Shown here one piece after another: positions 26,033 to 34,348 of a stretch of 64,000 nt of DNA; within the stretch, counting starts at the first letter, position 1, and every line of letters begins with the position of its first letter. The stretch is taken from the NCBI RefSeq assembly GCF_003987855.1, contig NZ_RXIZ01000003.1, positions 18,233-82,232 on the forward strand, given 5' to 3'. The translations under genes and the position numbers were made by a program. Below the pieces are notes generated by a model. That model was not told where the DNA came from. It made no database searches and saw nothing but the letters and a program-made list of their open reading frames with translations. Source of the DNA: Hyphomicrobium sp. GTDB lineage: Bacteria > Pseudomonadota > Alphaproteobacteria > Rhizobiales > Hyphomicrobiaceae.

Positions 26033-27631
26033 ATGACCGCCGTGCGTCAACGTAGGCTCGTTCGGATGGGCTTGTTTGCTGCCGCAAGTGTGGCAGCCAC
26101 GTTGGCTGGCGGATTTGATGCATCGTCATCCCTCGATGTCATGTTGACCAACCTACCGCAGCAGCAAAGTTCTGCTTATTCGCAGTTGTACGAAGCCGCC
26201 GGCAAGCCGGACCGTGAAGTCCTGGAAATGAGCAAAGCAGAGATCTGGAAAATACCTTCAGGGCAATGGGAAGCCTTCCTCGTTCTTGCGCAGAAGGCGG
26301 GGTCAAATGCGCAAAAGCTCAGTCCTGCCGCAAATCACCTACTGCTCCCAATGGCTGAATCTAAGGGGATGTCGGCAGCTCAGAGTGCGGTGATGCACGC
26401 CGCCATGGACACCAAGGCTGCAGTTGGTGCCGCCGTTATGTCTGTCGCTCCCGCGGCCGTCGCTGAGCATATTTTGTCTGGAGGCGAAATCGTAATTCCC
26501 CTTGCTGGCGGCGTCGCCGTAACTGCGAAGCGGATCAGCCTGCACAAGCGCGATGATGGGTATGCCTGGCACGGCGTGGTAACGGAAACCGGCGAACCCG
26601 TGACGATCCTATGGTGGGCAACCGGGCGCGTGGCGGGCTCCGTCACTTACCGTGGCCATGTCTACTCCGTTCACGAACTTGGGGGAGACATGCAAGCGGT
26701 CATCGAGATGGACCCTGCCCGCATGCCCCAAGAACATGCGCCTATGCCTTTCAACATGATGGAAAAGATGCATTTCGCGAAGGATCCGCTCGTCACACAG
26801 GGAGATCCGAGCGCGCTGACCGGTGTTCGCGGCGCCGGGGCACCAAAGGACGGCGGCACCGAAAAAGCTGTAAAGGAGGCGCGGGACATACCTTCGGCCT
26901 CGGCCGGCGTTATTGCACCGGGGCCACTGGATATCATTCGGGTCGGCTCGTTGCCGCAAGTGGCGACGCCAAAAGCCGTCATTCGCCTCATCGTCGCCTA
27001 TACGAAGGCGGCCGCGGCTCATTATCAAGACATCAAGATGGATCTCATTCCGCTTGCGATCGAGGATGCGAATGAATCGTTTCGCATGAGTGGCATCGAT
27101 AACGTGGAGCTGGAACTCGCTTACGCGTACGAAACTGACTACGTCGAAAGCGGCTCCCACTTCGAACACGTATTTCGGTTTGCCGACAAGAATGACGGCT
27201 ACATGGACGAAGTTCATGCGCTCCGCGACCGTTATAAAGCCGACGTTGGTGTGTTGATCGTTGACGATCCCCACGGGTGCGGTCTCTCAGCCGGAGTGCA
27301 TGTGGATGCAGACCGGGCATTCACGGTCGTTCATCACGAATGTGCCGCCAACATGTATTCATTGGCTCACGAAATCGGCCACATCATTGGTGCACGGCAT
27401 GACGAAGCGCTCGATGACAGCAAAGATCCGTTCTCTTTTGGTCATGGCTATGTTTCGGGCAAGAACTGGCGAACGATGATGGCGTACAAAGACAGTTGCG
27501 ATGGCTGCCCGCGCGTGCCGGTTTGGTCGAACCCCAGGGTCATGATACGGGGCGTGCCGGCGGGAAATGCCGAAAGCGATAACGCCCGTGTCATATCCGA
27601 AAATGCAGCCCGCGTCGCGGCGTTCCGATAG
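26033..27631 (+). CDS. secreted zinc metalloprotease, metzincin (reprolysin/M12B- or M72-like catalytic domain)
   Basis: The extended zinc site is LAHEIGHIIGARHD (HExxHxxGxxHD). The N-terminus is signal-like (LVRMGLFAAASVAATLAGG). The N-terminal region of about 330 aa belongs to no family I recognise. Confidence 0.8.
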   Translation: MTAVRQRRLVRMGLFAAASVAATLAGGFDASSSLDVMLTNLPQQQSSAYSQLYEAAGKPDREVLEMSKAEIWKIPSGQWEAFLVLAQKAGSNAQKLSPAANHLLLPMAESKGMSAAQSAVMHAAMDTKAAVGAAVMSVAPAAVAEHILSGGEIVIPLAGGVAVTAKRISLHKRDDGYAWHGVVTETGEPVTILWWATGRVAGSVTYRGHVYSVHELGGDMQAVIEMDPARMPQEHAPMPFNMMEKMHFAKDPLVTQGDPSALTGVRGAGAPKDGGTEKAVKEARDIPSASAGVIAPGPLDIIRVGSLPQVATPKAVIRLIVAYTKAAAAHYQDIKMDLIPLAIEDANESFRMSGIDNVELELAYAYETDYVESGSHFEHVFRFADKNDGYMDEVHALRDRYKADVGVLIVDDPHGCGLSAGVHVDADRAFTVVHHECAANMYSLAHEIGHIIGARHDEALDDSKDPFSFGHGYVSGKNWRTMMAYKDSCDGCPRVPVWSNPRVMIRGVPAGNAESDNARVISENAARVAAFR

Positions 27632-28840
27632 TTAGCGCGCAGGTTTTAGGTGCTGGGTCAACCAAGCGGCGACGGCAAGGGATACACCGATCCCAGCCAC
27701 ACAGGCGGCCCATCCGAACCGATCGAAGATCTGCCCGAGAACAGCTGTGCCGATCAGGCCGCCGGAAAAGTAGCTGGCGAGATAGATGCCGCTCGCAGAG
27801 GCGCGATTGTGTTTCGCCGCGCGGCTAACAATGCCGGTAGCCAGAGCTTGAGCCAGAAATGTTCCGGCCGCTACCAAAACCATTCCCACAAGAATGGCGG
27901 TTAGCCGGGGAACGACTAGAAGCGGTAGCCCACAAGCGGCTATCGCGAGCGCAGCCCAAAGAGATACTTTGTGACCCAGATTTTTGGCGATCGCTCCGGC
28001 AAGGGGCGTGGTGGCGATCGACGGCAGGAAGACGAAGTAAATGAAGCCAAGAGTCATCATACCGACGCCAAGAGGTGGCGCGACGAGAACGAAATTGACG
28101 TAGGTGAACGTGCCGATGAAAGCAAAAAGGATGCAGAAGCCGATCGCAAAGCCCGCGCGCATCTCGGTCACCTGGAGGTGCGTCCACCAGGGTTCCGAAC
28201 ATCCCTCAGTCGAAGCGCAAACAGTTCGTCTCGCAGGCATTCGACTGATGGTGCCATAGACGAGTGCGGCTCCAAGCAAATTCAGTCCGGCGAAGACGAT
28301 GAAGTTGGCAGTAAGGCCGGCATGATCGGTCACCGCACTTGCCACGAGACGCCCGATGAGGTTGCTCGCAACATTGCCCGTTATATAAGCCGCGAATGCC
28401 GCCGCCGATTGATCGGCAGAATAGTGTTCGCCCAGATAAGCGAGAGTTAGACCAAATGCGGACGCCATGCAGAGGCCCTGCAGGATGCGCAGTGCCGCAA
28501 ACGTGCCGATATTTGGGGCGAATGCGAGCAACAGCGTGGGCACGGACAACGCGATCAAGCTTGCCAGAATTCCGCTGCGGCGTTCGATGCGATCGCTCAA
28601 GAGGGCGATCGATAGCCCACCGATGGCCATTCCGAGCGTGCATGCATTGACCGCCAGTCCCATAGTGCCGGCGCTGACCTTGTAATGGCTCGCGAGCGTG
28701 GGAAGAAGCGCCTGCGTTGCGAACAGGTCCACGACTGTCAGGAATGCTGTGATCGCAATCACAAGCAGGTCGAACGACGTGGCCGTGCCAGCAAGCTCCG
28801 ACGGAGTTTCGAAAACATTTGTTTGAGCGTCTGTGCGCAT
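27632..28840 (-). CDS. MFS transporter
   Basis: This is a 402-aa hydrophobic protein with about 12 TM segments and an MFS loop motif (LSDRIERRSG). Confidence 0.85.
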   Translation of the reverse strand: MRTDAQTNVFETPSELAGTATSFDLLVIAITAFLTVVDLFATQALLPTLASHYKVSAGTMGLAVNACTLGMAIGGLSIALLSDRIERRSGILASLIALSVPTLLLAFAPNIGTFAALRILQGLCMASAFGLTLAYLGEHYSADQSAAAFAAYITGNVASNLIGRLVASAVTDHAGLTANFIVFAGLNLLGAALVYGTISRMPARRTVCASTEGCSEPWWTHLQVTEMRAGFAIGFCILFAFIGTFTYVNFVLVAPPLGVGMMTLGFIYFVFLPSIATTPLAGAIAKNLGHKVSLWAALAIAACGLPLLVVPRLTAILVGMVLVAAGTFLAQALATGIVSRAAKHNRASASGIYLASYFSGGLIGTAVLGQIFDRFGWAACVAGIGVSLAVAAWLTQHLKPAR

Positions 28841-28912
28841 CGCTTCCTAGCTCCGAACGGATGATTGCTGCCGGACCAGACGGGCCGGCAGCAACGACCG
28901 GATAAGACGATC

Positions 28913-29398
28913 TTACATGTTGTGATCTTTGGGATCGGCTGCGATATCCGCCGAGATCAAGACCGTCGGCTTGTCTGAATTGTTCTTCCACCAATGCGAT
29001 AGATGGCTCTCGACCGAGAGATCGCCGGCGTCGTGCTCGATAGGCACCGAGCAGGTGCTTGCATACTCGGTGATCTTTCCGGATACGACGTAGATGAGAG
29101 CCGGCCGTTCGTCATGGCTGTGCCAAGCCACTTCGCCGCCCGGGGCAACTTCGAGGCGTCGCATGCGGAAGTGATGGCCCTGAACAGCCACCTTCTCATT
29201 GGTGAGATCGATTTCGCCGAGCAGCTTTTCTGTGACGTCTTTGTGGGCGGTCGCGCCAGGCTTTTGTCCATCACTGGTCACAACTTTACCCGCCGGGCAT
29301 TCGCCGGCACTTGCTGCGTTGGCCAGAAGCATGAGTGCGCCGGTAAGGGCGCCTGCAAGGGTCAAAGCAAACAACGATTTGCTGAGAGGAAGTGTCAT
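28913..29398 (-). CDS. secreted cupin-domain protein
   Basis: The internal ATG at 29398 starts a signal peptide (MTLPLSKSLFALTLAGALTGALMLLANAASA). The cupin motif is GGEVAWHSHDERPALIYVVSG. The upstream part of track ORF 28913..29722 runs into the bdhA terminator region. Confidence 0.75.
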   Translation of the reverse strand: MTLPLSKSLFALTLAGALTGALMLLANAASAGECPAGKVVTSDGQKPGATAHKDVTEKLLGEIDLTNEKVAVQGHHFRMRRLEVAPGGEVAWHSHDERPALIYVVSGKITEYASTCSVPIEHDAGDLSVESHLSHWWKNNSDKPTVLISADIAADPKDHNM

Positions 29399-29534
29399 TG
29401 TGTGTGTCTCCGAAGTTGAATTCAATTTGCGAAGCGCGGCAGCGCCTTCGAAGACACATTGCCGAGGGCGAGTGCGATTTTTAAATATCGATTTGTTCGC
29501 TGTTCGATAGCATCGAGCTATTGCGGCGCATGTA

Positions 29535-29563
29535 ACAAAAAAAGCGAGCCAGGAAGCTCGCTT
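29535..29563 (-). terminator. Rho-independent terminator of bdhA
   Basis: On the minus strand it reads AAGCGAGC-TTCCTG-GCTCGCTT followed by TTTTTTTG, about 29 nt after the bdhA stop. Confidence 0.8.
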
Positions 29564-29591
29564 GTTCTGGTCAGTCGCTTTTTCGTGGCGC

Positions 29592-30413
29592 CTAATGGGC
29601 CGTCCATCCGCCCTCCACGGGGAGCGCAGCGCCGGTGATGGATCGCGCGCTCTCACCGCACAAAAAGGCGGCCATTTCGCCGACCTCTTCAGTGGTGACG
29701 AACGTCTTTGTCGGCTGGGCATGAAGCAGTACGTCCCGAATGACCTGCTCTTCCGTCAGACCGCGAGCTTGGGCGGTTTCTGGGATTTGCTTCTCTACCA
29801 GAGGGGTGAGAACGTAACCTGGGCAAATGGCGTTTGCGGTGACGCCGTGCTCCGCGAGCTCAAGAGCGACGGTTTTCGTTAGGCCGAGGAGTCCATGCTT
29901 GGCAGCCACGTAGGCGCATTTGAAGGGCGACGCGACGAGAGCGTGAGCGGAGGCGACATTCACGATGCGGCCCCATCGCCTTTTTTTCATCTCGGGAACG
30001 ACGGCGCGGATGGTATGAAAAGCCGCTGAGAGATCGATGGCGATAATGGCATTCCATTTGGCGGCCGGAAACGATTCTATCGCCTCGACGTGCTGAATTC
30101 CTGCATTGTTGACCAGAATATCGATTTGTCCGAATGCACTTCTGGCGTCCTCGATCATCTGCTCGATAGCTTGCTCGCTGGACATATCGGCGCCTGAAAA
30201 AGCGGTCGAGATACCACTGCTCTTCTCCAGCTCTTTGCGGACATTATTTATGTCTCCCGCCGAGCCGAACCCATTGATCATAATGTTCACCCCGCGTTTT
30301 GCGAGTGAGCGGGCGATGCCGAGGCCAATGCCGCTCGTTGAACCCGTAATGATGGCGGATTTTCCGCTGAGCTCGCGATCAAAAGACTCCCTCATCCGCG
30401 TATCGACGTTCAT
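29592..30413 (-). CDS. bdhA: 3-hydroxybutyrate dehydrogenase (SDR family)
   Basis: Motifs include GKSAIITGSTSGIGLGIA, NNAGIQHV and ASAHALVASPFKCAYVAAKHG (YxxxK). The ATG at 30413 has a GGAG 8 nt upstream; the track ORF starts at a GTG at 30422. Confidence 0.88.
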   Translation of the reverse strand: MNVDTRMRESFDRELSGKSAIITGSTSGIGLGIARSLAKRGVNIMINGFGSAGDINNVRKELEKSSGISTAFSGADMSSEQAIEQMIEDARSAFGQIDILVNNAGIQHVEAIESFPAAKWNAIIAIDLSAAFHTIRAVVPEMKKRRWGRIVNVASAHALVASPFKCAYVAAKHGLLGLTKTVALELAEHGVTANAICPGYVLTPLVEKQIPETAQARGLTEEQVIRDVLLHAQPTKTFVTTEEVGEMAAFLCGESARSITGAALPVEGGWTAH

Positions 30414-30693
30414 TGGTGACACTCCAAGGAAAAAATGGGAGGATCCGATGGCACGGGGGAGGGCTCACCGGATCCTGAGGCGAACGAGGCGGAGGCGTGG
30501 TCATCCGCCGAAACCGCATTGAACCAGCCGATTCATTGCCGATGCTCTCTGCGACTTCGTTTGCGTGCAAACTATCTGCGGTAGCGCTGGATCAGAAATA
30601 TCCTTTGAGCTAAGTTTCGATACCTTTTGACTATCGGCCGGGTGCTTGCGCCCGACCTTGTCATCGGCAGCTGAAATTCGGACCCATATCCAG

Positions 30694-31638
30694 ATGGAAA
30701 TGCACCAAGTTAGATACTTCTTGGCCGTTGCGCGTGAGCTAAATTTCACGCGCGCCGCCGAGAGCTGTAACGTGGCGCAGCCGTCGTTGACACGCGCGAT
30801 TAAGCAACTTGAAGACGAATTGGGAGGCGAACTCTTTCGCCGCGAGCGGAGCCTCTCCCATTTAACCGAACTCGGACAGCGCATGCTGCCGATGCTTCAG
30901 CAGTGTTACGACAGCGCCTTAAACGCCAAATCACTGGCGCAATCTATCAAGAGTGGTGCTGTGGCACCGCTCGCCATCGCCCTATCCGTTACAGTAAACA
31001 TCATGCTGCTCATCCCCTTCCTCTCGGAGCTGATGCGCGTGCTACCCGGTCTTGAACTGCGTTTTTATCGCGGAACGAACAATGAGATCGCGGAGCTTTT
31101 GAAGAAGGGAGAAGCTGAAATCGGAATCGGCGGCGCGCTTGAGGGAGTTTGGGAGCGGCTCGACTCCTGGCAGCTGTTTTCCGAACCATATCTTTTAGTA
31201 GTCGGCAGCCGACACCGCCTCGCATCGCTAGCCGAGCCGGTTTCACCTTCCGAGCTACCGGCTGAACGGCTTCTGTGTCGCACGAATTGTGAGAATGTTA
31301 AGGAAATTCTGCAGTTTCTCGCCGCTCACGGCGGTCAGCCTAGAGTGAAGCACGACATCTCGACCGAACCTGACCTAACGGCCCTCTTAGAGAACAATTT
31401 CGGAATAGGAATCGCGCCAAGAAGCTCGGTGCTCAGTGTGAATGCGCGACGCTTGAAAATCGAGGGTCTCGAAATCACTCGAACAGTGTTCGCCTATGCC
31501 GTTGCCGGGCGACAGCGTTCAACGGCTGCAAGTACATTGATAAAAATGCTTCGTGCCGCTGATTGGCATGCGGTCGAGGAACAGCTCAACCCCGTCAACG
31601 GGGGCCCGGAGATCCTGCCCAGCTCGCGAGTTGCTTGA
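30694..31638 (+). CDS. LysR-family transcriptional regulator (divergent from bdhA)
   Basis: The N-terminal wHTH is MEMHQVRYFLAVARELNFTRAAESCNVAQPSLTRAIKQLE, followed by a LysR substrate-binding domain. The 3' end overlaps the convergent gene by 44 nt. Confidence 0.88.
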   Translation: MEMHQVRYFLAVARELNFTRAAESCNVAQPSLTRAIKQLEDELGGELFRRERSLSHLTELGQRMLPMLQQCYDSALNAKSLAQSIKSGAVAPLAIALSVTVNIMLLIPFLSELMRVLPGLELRFYRGTNNEIAELLKKGEAEIGIGGALEGVWERLDSWQLFSEPYLLVVGSRHRLASLAEPVSPSELPAERLLCRTNCENVKEILQFLAAHGGQPRVKHDISTEPDLTALLENNFGIGIAPRSSVLSVNARRLKIEGLEITRTVFAYAVAGRQRSTAASTLIKMLRAADWHAVEEQLNPVNGGPEILPSSRVA

Positions 31639-32329
31639 GGATCTCGAGAATTTCGTCCGTATCCATTCTCTTGCGGTAGTCGGGGTCGATAAACCGCGCT
31701 TTCACAAGACCATCCTGACCTACGATGAACGTTGCAGGTATCGGAAGCGTCCAGTTCGTGTTGCCCTGAAACGTAGAGAAATCCCAGCCGGCAGCCGTCA
31801 TCGCCTCGCGCTTTTCGTCGCTTACCAGAAACGCCAAGTTGAGAAGCAATGCGTACCCATTGTCCATGTCTGAGAGGATTGGGAAAGTGTCTCGAACTTC
31901 AGGCGCAAGTTCCGAATTGAAGCGCTCGCTTTCAGGAGTGATCGCGACGATCTCCGCCCCGAGAGACTTAACCTCTCCATATATCTGGGCAAGCGCCTGT
32001 GCATTGATGCGGCAGTAGGGGCACCAATGCCCGCGATGAAACGCGATTACCGCCGGCCCATTCGCGATCAGATCATCGAGAGTATGGAGCCGCCCTTTCT
32101 GATCCGGCAACATAAAATTCGGCAGGGGCTCACCGGGTCTTGGGGCATTCGCGCCAACTCCCGTTGCCTTTAAGTGCGCGACCATTCGGTCGACAACATC
32201 GGCGAAATCGGGACTGAGGTCGCGCACATCGGCGGCGAAGGCCTGCAGTCTCGCTGTGAGCGGCGCTTCCATACTCTGGCAGCGCACCGTGCAATCATGC
32301 AGCGCTTCCGAAAGCGTCTTCTCAGCCAT
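31595..32329 (-). CDS. peroxiredoxin-like / thioredoxin-fold protein (CxxC), paralog 2
   Basis: It contains FHRGHWCPYCRINAQAL and shares the N-terminal helical extension with the other two paralogs. Confidence 0.82.
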   Translation of the reverse strand: MAEKTLSEALHDCTVRCQSMEAPLTARLQAFAADVRDLSPDFADVVDRMVAHLKATGVGANAPRPGEPLPNFMLPDQKGRLHTLDDLIANGPAVIAFHRGHWCPYCRINAQALAQIYGEVKSLGAEIVAITPESERFNSELAPEVRDTFPILSDMDNGYALLLNLAFLVSDEKREAMTAAGWDFSTFQGNTNWTLPIPATFIVGQDGLVKARFIDPDYRKRMDTDEILEILKQLASWAGSPGPR

Positions 32330-32403
32330 TCAGTGCGGCTCCGCGCTCGAAATTCCGGGCATTGCTTGGGCCTTTCCCAATCTAGTTCGGATCAGCCGAG
32401 TCC

Positions 32404-33111
32404 TCAACGATCCGAGCGAAAGCGCGTGAGGATCGACAAAATATCGTCGACTTCCATTCGCTTGCGGAAGTCAGGATCCACAAACCGGCCGATTATGCGG
32501 GCATCGCCGTCGACTACGAAAGTCGCCGGAGCCGGCAGGAACCAGCCGTCGTTGCCATGATATGTATCGAGGTGGTAGCCGCGCCCTTTCATCAAAGTTT
32601 TCAGATGCTCGCCGACCCATACAACGAGGCCAAGCGACAGCGCATAACCGCAATCGACGTCGGTAAGGATGCGAATGTTGTGCTGAGTTGTTCGTCTCAG
32701 ATCATCTGTGAACTGCTGCCTATCGGGAATGATAGAAACAACTTGAGCACCGGTCTTTGCAATCTCGTCGTTATGTTCTGCGATCGTGCGCAGCGTTATC
32801 CGGCAGAATGGGCACCAGTGGCCTCGGTTAAGGCTGAGGATGACTGGTCCTTGTTTTGTTAGTTCCTCTAGGCTGACCAGAAGCCCAGACCTATCTGGCA
32901 ACACAAACTGGGGGAGTGCCGCGCCTAACTCGGGGACCATGTTCCCAACCTCGCCGGAAAAAAGGCGCGCGACGAGATCGTCGTAAGCTTCGGCAAACGG
33001 GAAGTTCAACTCGCGTAGTTTATCGGCATAAGCAGCGAGCCTTGCATTCAAGGGCGCTTGCATCGCGCAGACCTCCGCGAAGGCTTCCGCAAGTGTCGAC
33101 GCGCGCGTCAA
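32404..33111 (-). CDS. peroxiredoxin-like / thioredoxin-fold protein (CxxC), paralog 3
   Basis: It contains LNRGHWCPFCRITLRTI and sits in tandem with paralog 2, separated by a 74-nt gap. Confidence 0.82.
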   Translation of the reverse strand: MTRASTLAEAFAEVCAMQAPLNARLAAYADKLRELNFPFAEAYDDLVARLFSGEVGNMVPELGAALPQFVLPDRSGLLVSLEELTKQGPVILSLNRGHWCPFCRITLRTIAEHNDEIAKTGAQVVSIIPDRQQFTDDLRRTTQHNIRILTDVDCGYALSLGLVVWVGEHLKTLMKGRGYHLDTYHGNDGWFLPAPATFVVDGDARIIGRFVDPDFRKRMEVDDILSILTRFRSDR

Positions 33112-33186
33112 GGATCAGCTCCTTTTATCCTAGTCTCTTGCACGGTCTCGCCTGTTGGCTCAGCTCACATCCCAATCTGATCTGAT

Positions 33187-33222
33187 CGAGCATTGAAGAC
33201 CAATGCTCGTTTCTGCCGGTTT
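33187..33222 (+). terminator. orphan terminator-like hairpin in the cspA upstream region
   Basis: A perfect 9-bp stem CGAGCATTG / CAATGCTCG with a 5-nt loop is followed by TTTCTGCCGGTTT. No plus-strand CDS lies upstream of it. Confidence 0.45.
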
Positions 33223-33638
33223 CCATAGAAACTGGCTATCTGCCCGTCGATCGCTCCTGAAGAAATCGGTGCCCCACACAGCCTTAATCTTCTAAGAAAT
33301 TCCCTAAACCCAAACCGCGGGTGCGATGCTTGATGGCCCCATGCAAAATCGCTGGTCAAGTGCAGATGGGGCGGGGGACGTGAAGCGTCCGCGCATGTTG
33401 CCGGCAACCACAAATTACCTTCAGAGGCATGCCCTATGCTGTTGAAAGGCTTGCGAGCAATGCTTACTGGTCGTCAGTTTCACTCCTTGCGAGCCTGGGG
33501 TGTGGTCACGGATCCGAACATCCGTCAGGTTTCCGAGCGAGATGGGTAGATCACAGCGGTCTAAAACCTGTTCTCCAACAGCACTCCGTGATACAGAGGG
33601 CGGCCCACAGTGGCGAGTATCTTAGACAGGGTGTTTCA

Positions 33639-33848
33639 ATGCCTACCGGAACGGTAAAATTCTACAACGATCAAAAAGGCTACGGTTTCATCGCTCCTGA
33701 TGGCGGTGGCAATGACGTTTTTGTGCATGCCACGGCGCTGGAGCGTGCTGGACTGACGGGCTTACGCGAAAATCAAAAGGTTAGCTTCGAGACTGAAGTT
33801 GATCGCCGGAGTGGTAAGACCGCAGTAAGCACTATCAAACTGGTTTAA
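33639..33848 (+). CDS. cspA: cold-shock protein (CspA family)
   Basis: The protein is MPTGTVKFYNDQKGYGFIAPDGGGNDVFVHATAL, with RNP1 KGYGFI and RNP2 VFVH, and is 69 aa long. The upstream part of track ORF 33429..33848 is probably 5' leader. Confidence 0.93.
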   Translation: MPTGTVKFYNDQKGYGFIAPDGGGNDVFVHATALERAGLTGLRENQKVSFETEVDRRSGKTAVSTIKLV

Positions 33849-33963
33849 TTAATCCGTTTTAGATGTTGGTGAGCGGCTACTGATCAGGTCAACCGGCAAG
33901 TAACGATGTAGCCTCGCTCACGTTCACTTCACGGAAAACGTTTTGCCTGGTATCCACGGGAAG

Positions 33964-34000
33964 CACCGGCCGCCGGGCTGAACGCGGCCGGTGTTTCTTT
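33964..34000 (+). terminator. Rho-independent terminator about 115 nt after cspA
   Basis: A perfect 10-bp stem CACCGGCCGC / GCGGCCGGTG with a 10-nt loop is followed by TTTCTTT. Confidence 0.7.
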
Positions 34001-34348
34001 GAACCAACCTCCAGGACACTCAGGATGAGTGCTGCCTGAAGCTTGGCCACCTTCCACGTCTCGCAAAGCACCGCCGGTTGGAGCAACTCGCGATTGCCAT
34101 TTCCGAGTTGATGGGGGCGAGAGTCGTCAGATCATCTCGTGGCAGAAAATACGTGCAGTCGAATTTCGCCATTGATCGTTTGAAAATCGAAAGCAGCATT
34201 GGGCCACCGGCAACGTGCACCGGAACGCCGTTCAATCAAAACATAAATGTCGCCTACCGGACAATGGAATTGATTGTGGGAATGCCGGTCGGATTAAAAA
34301 TGAAACGCTTGCGTCCTTATGGTGATTCGATAGCCTTATGCGAATTCA

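Noticed and set aside
28206-28994. A 262-aa minus-strand ORF overlapping the MFS transporter in another frame
   Set aside because: The MFS frame gives about 12 hydrophobic helices. This frame gives an Arg/His-rich sequence.
33165-33413. An 82-aa minus-strand ORF in the cspA upstream region, with a 65-aa ORF at 33889..34086
   Set aside because: They have no SD, an odd composition, and they span predicted hairpins or terminators. I treat them as non-coding.
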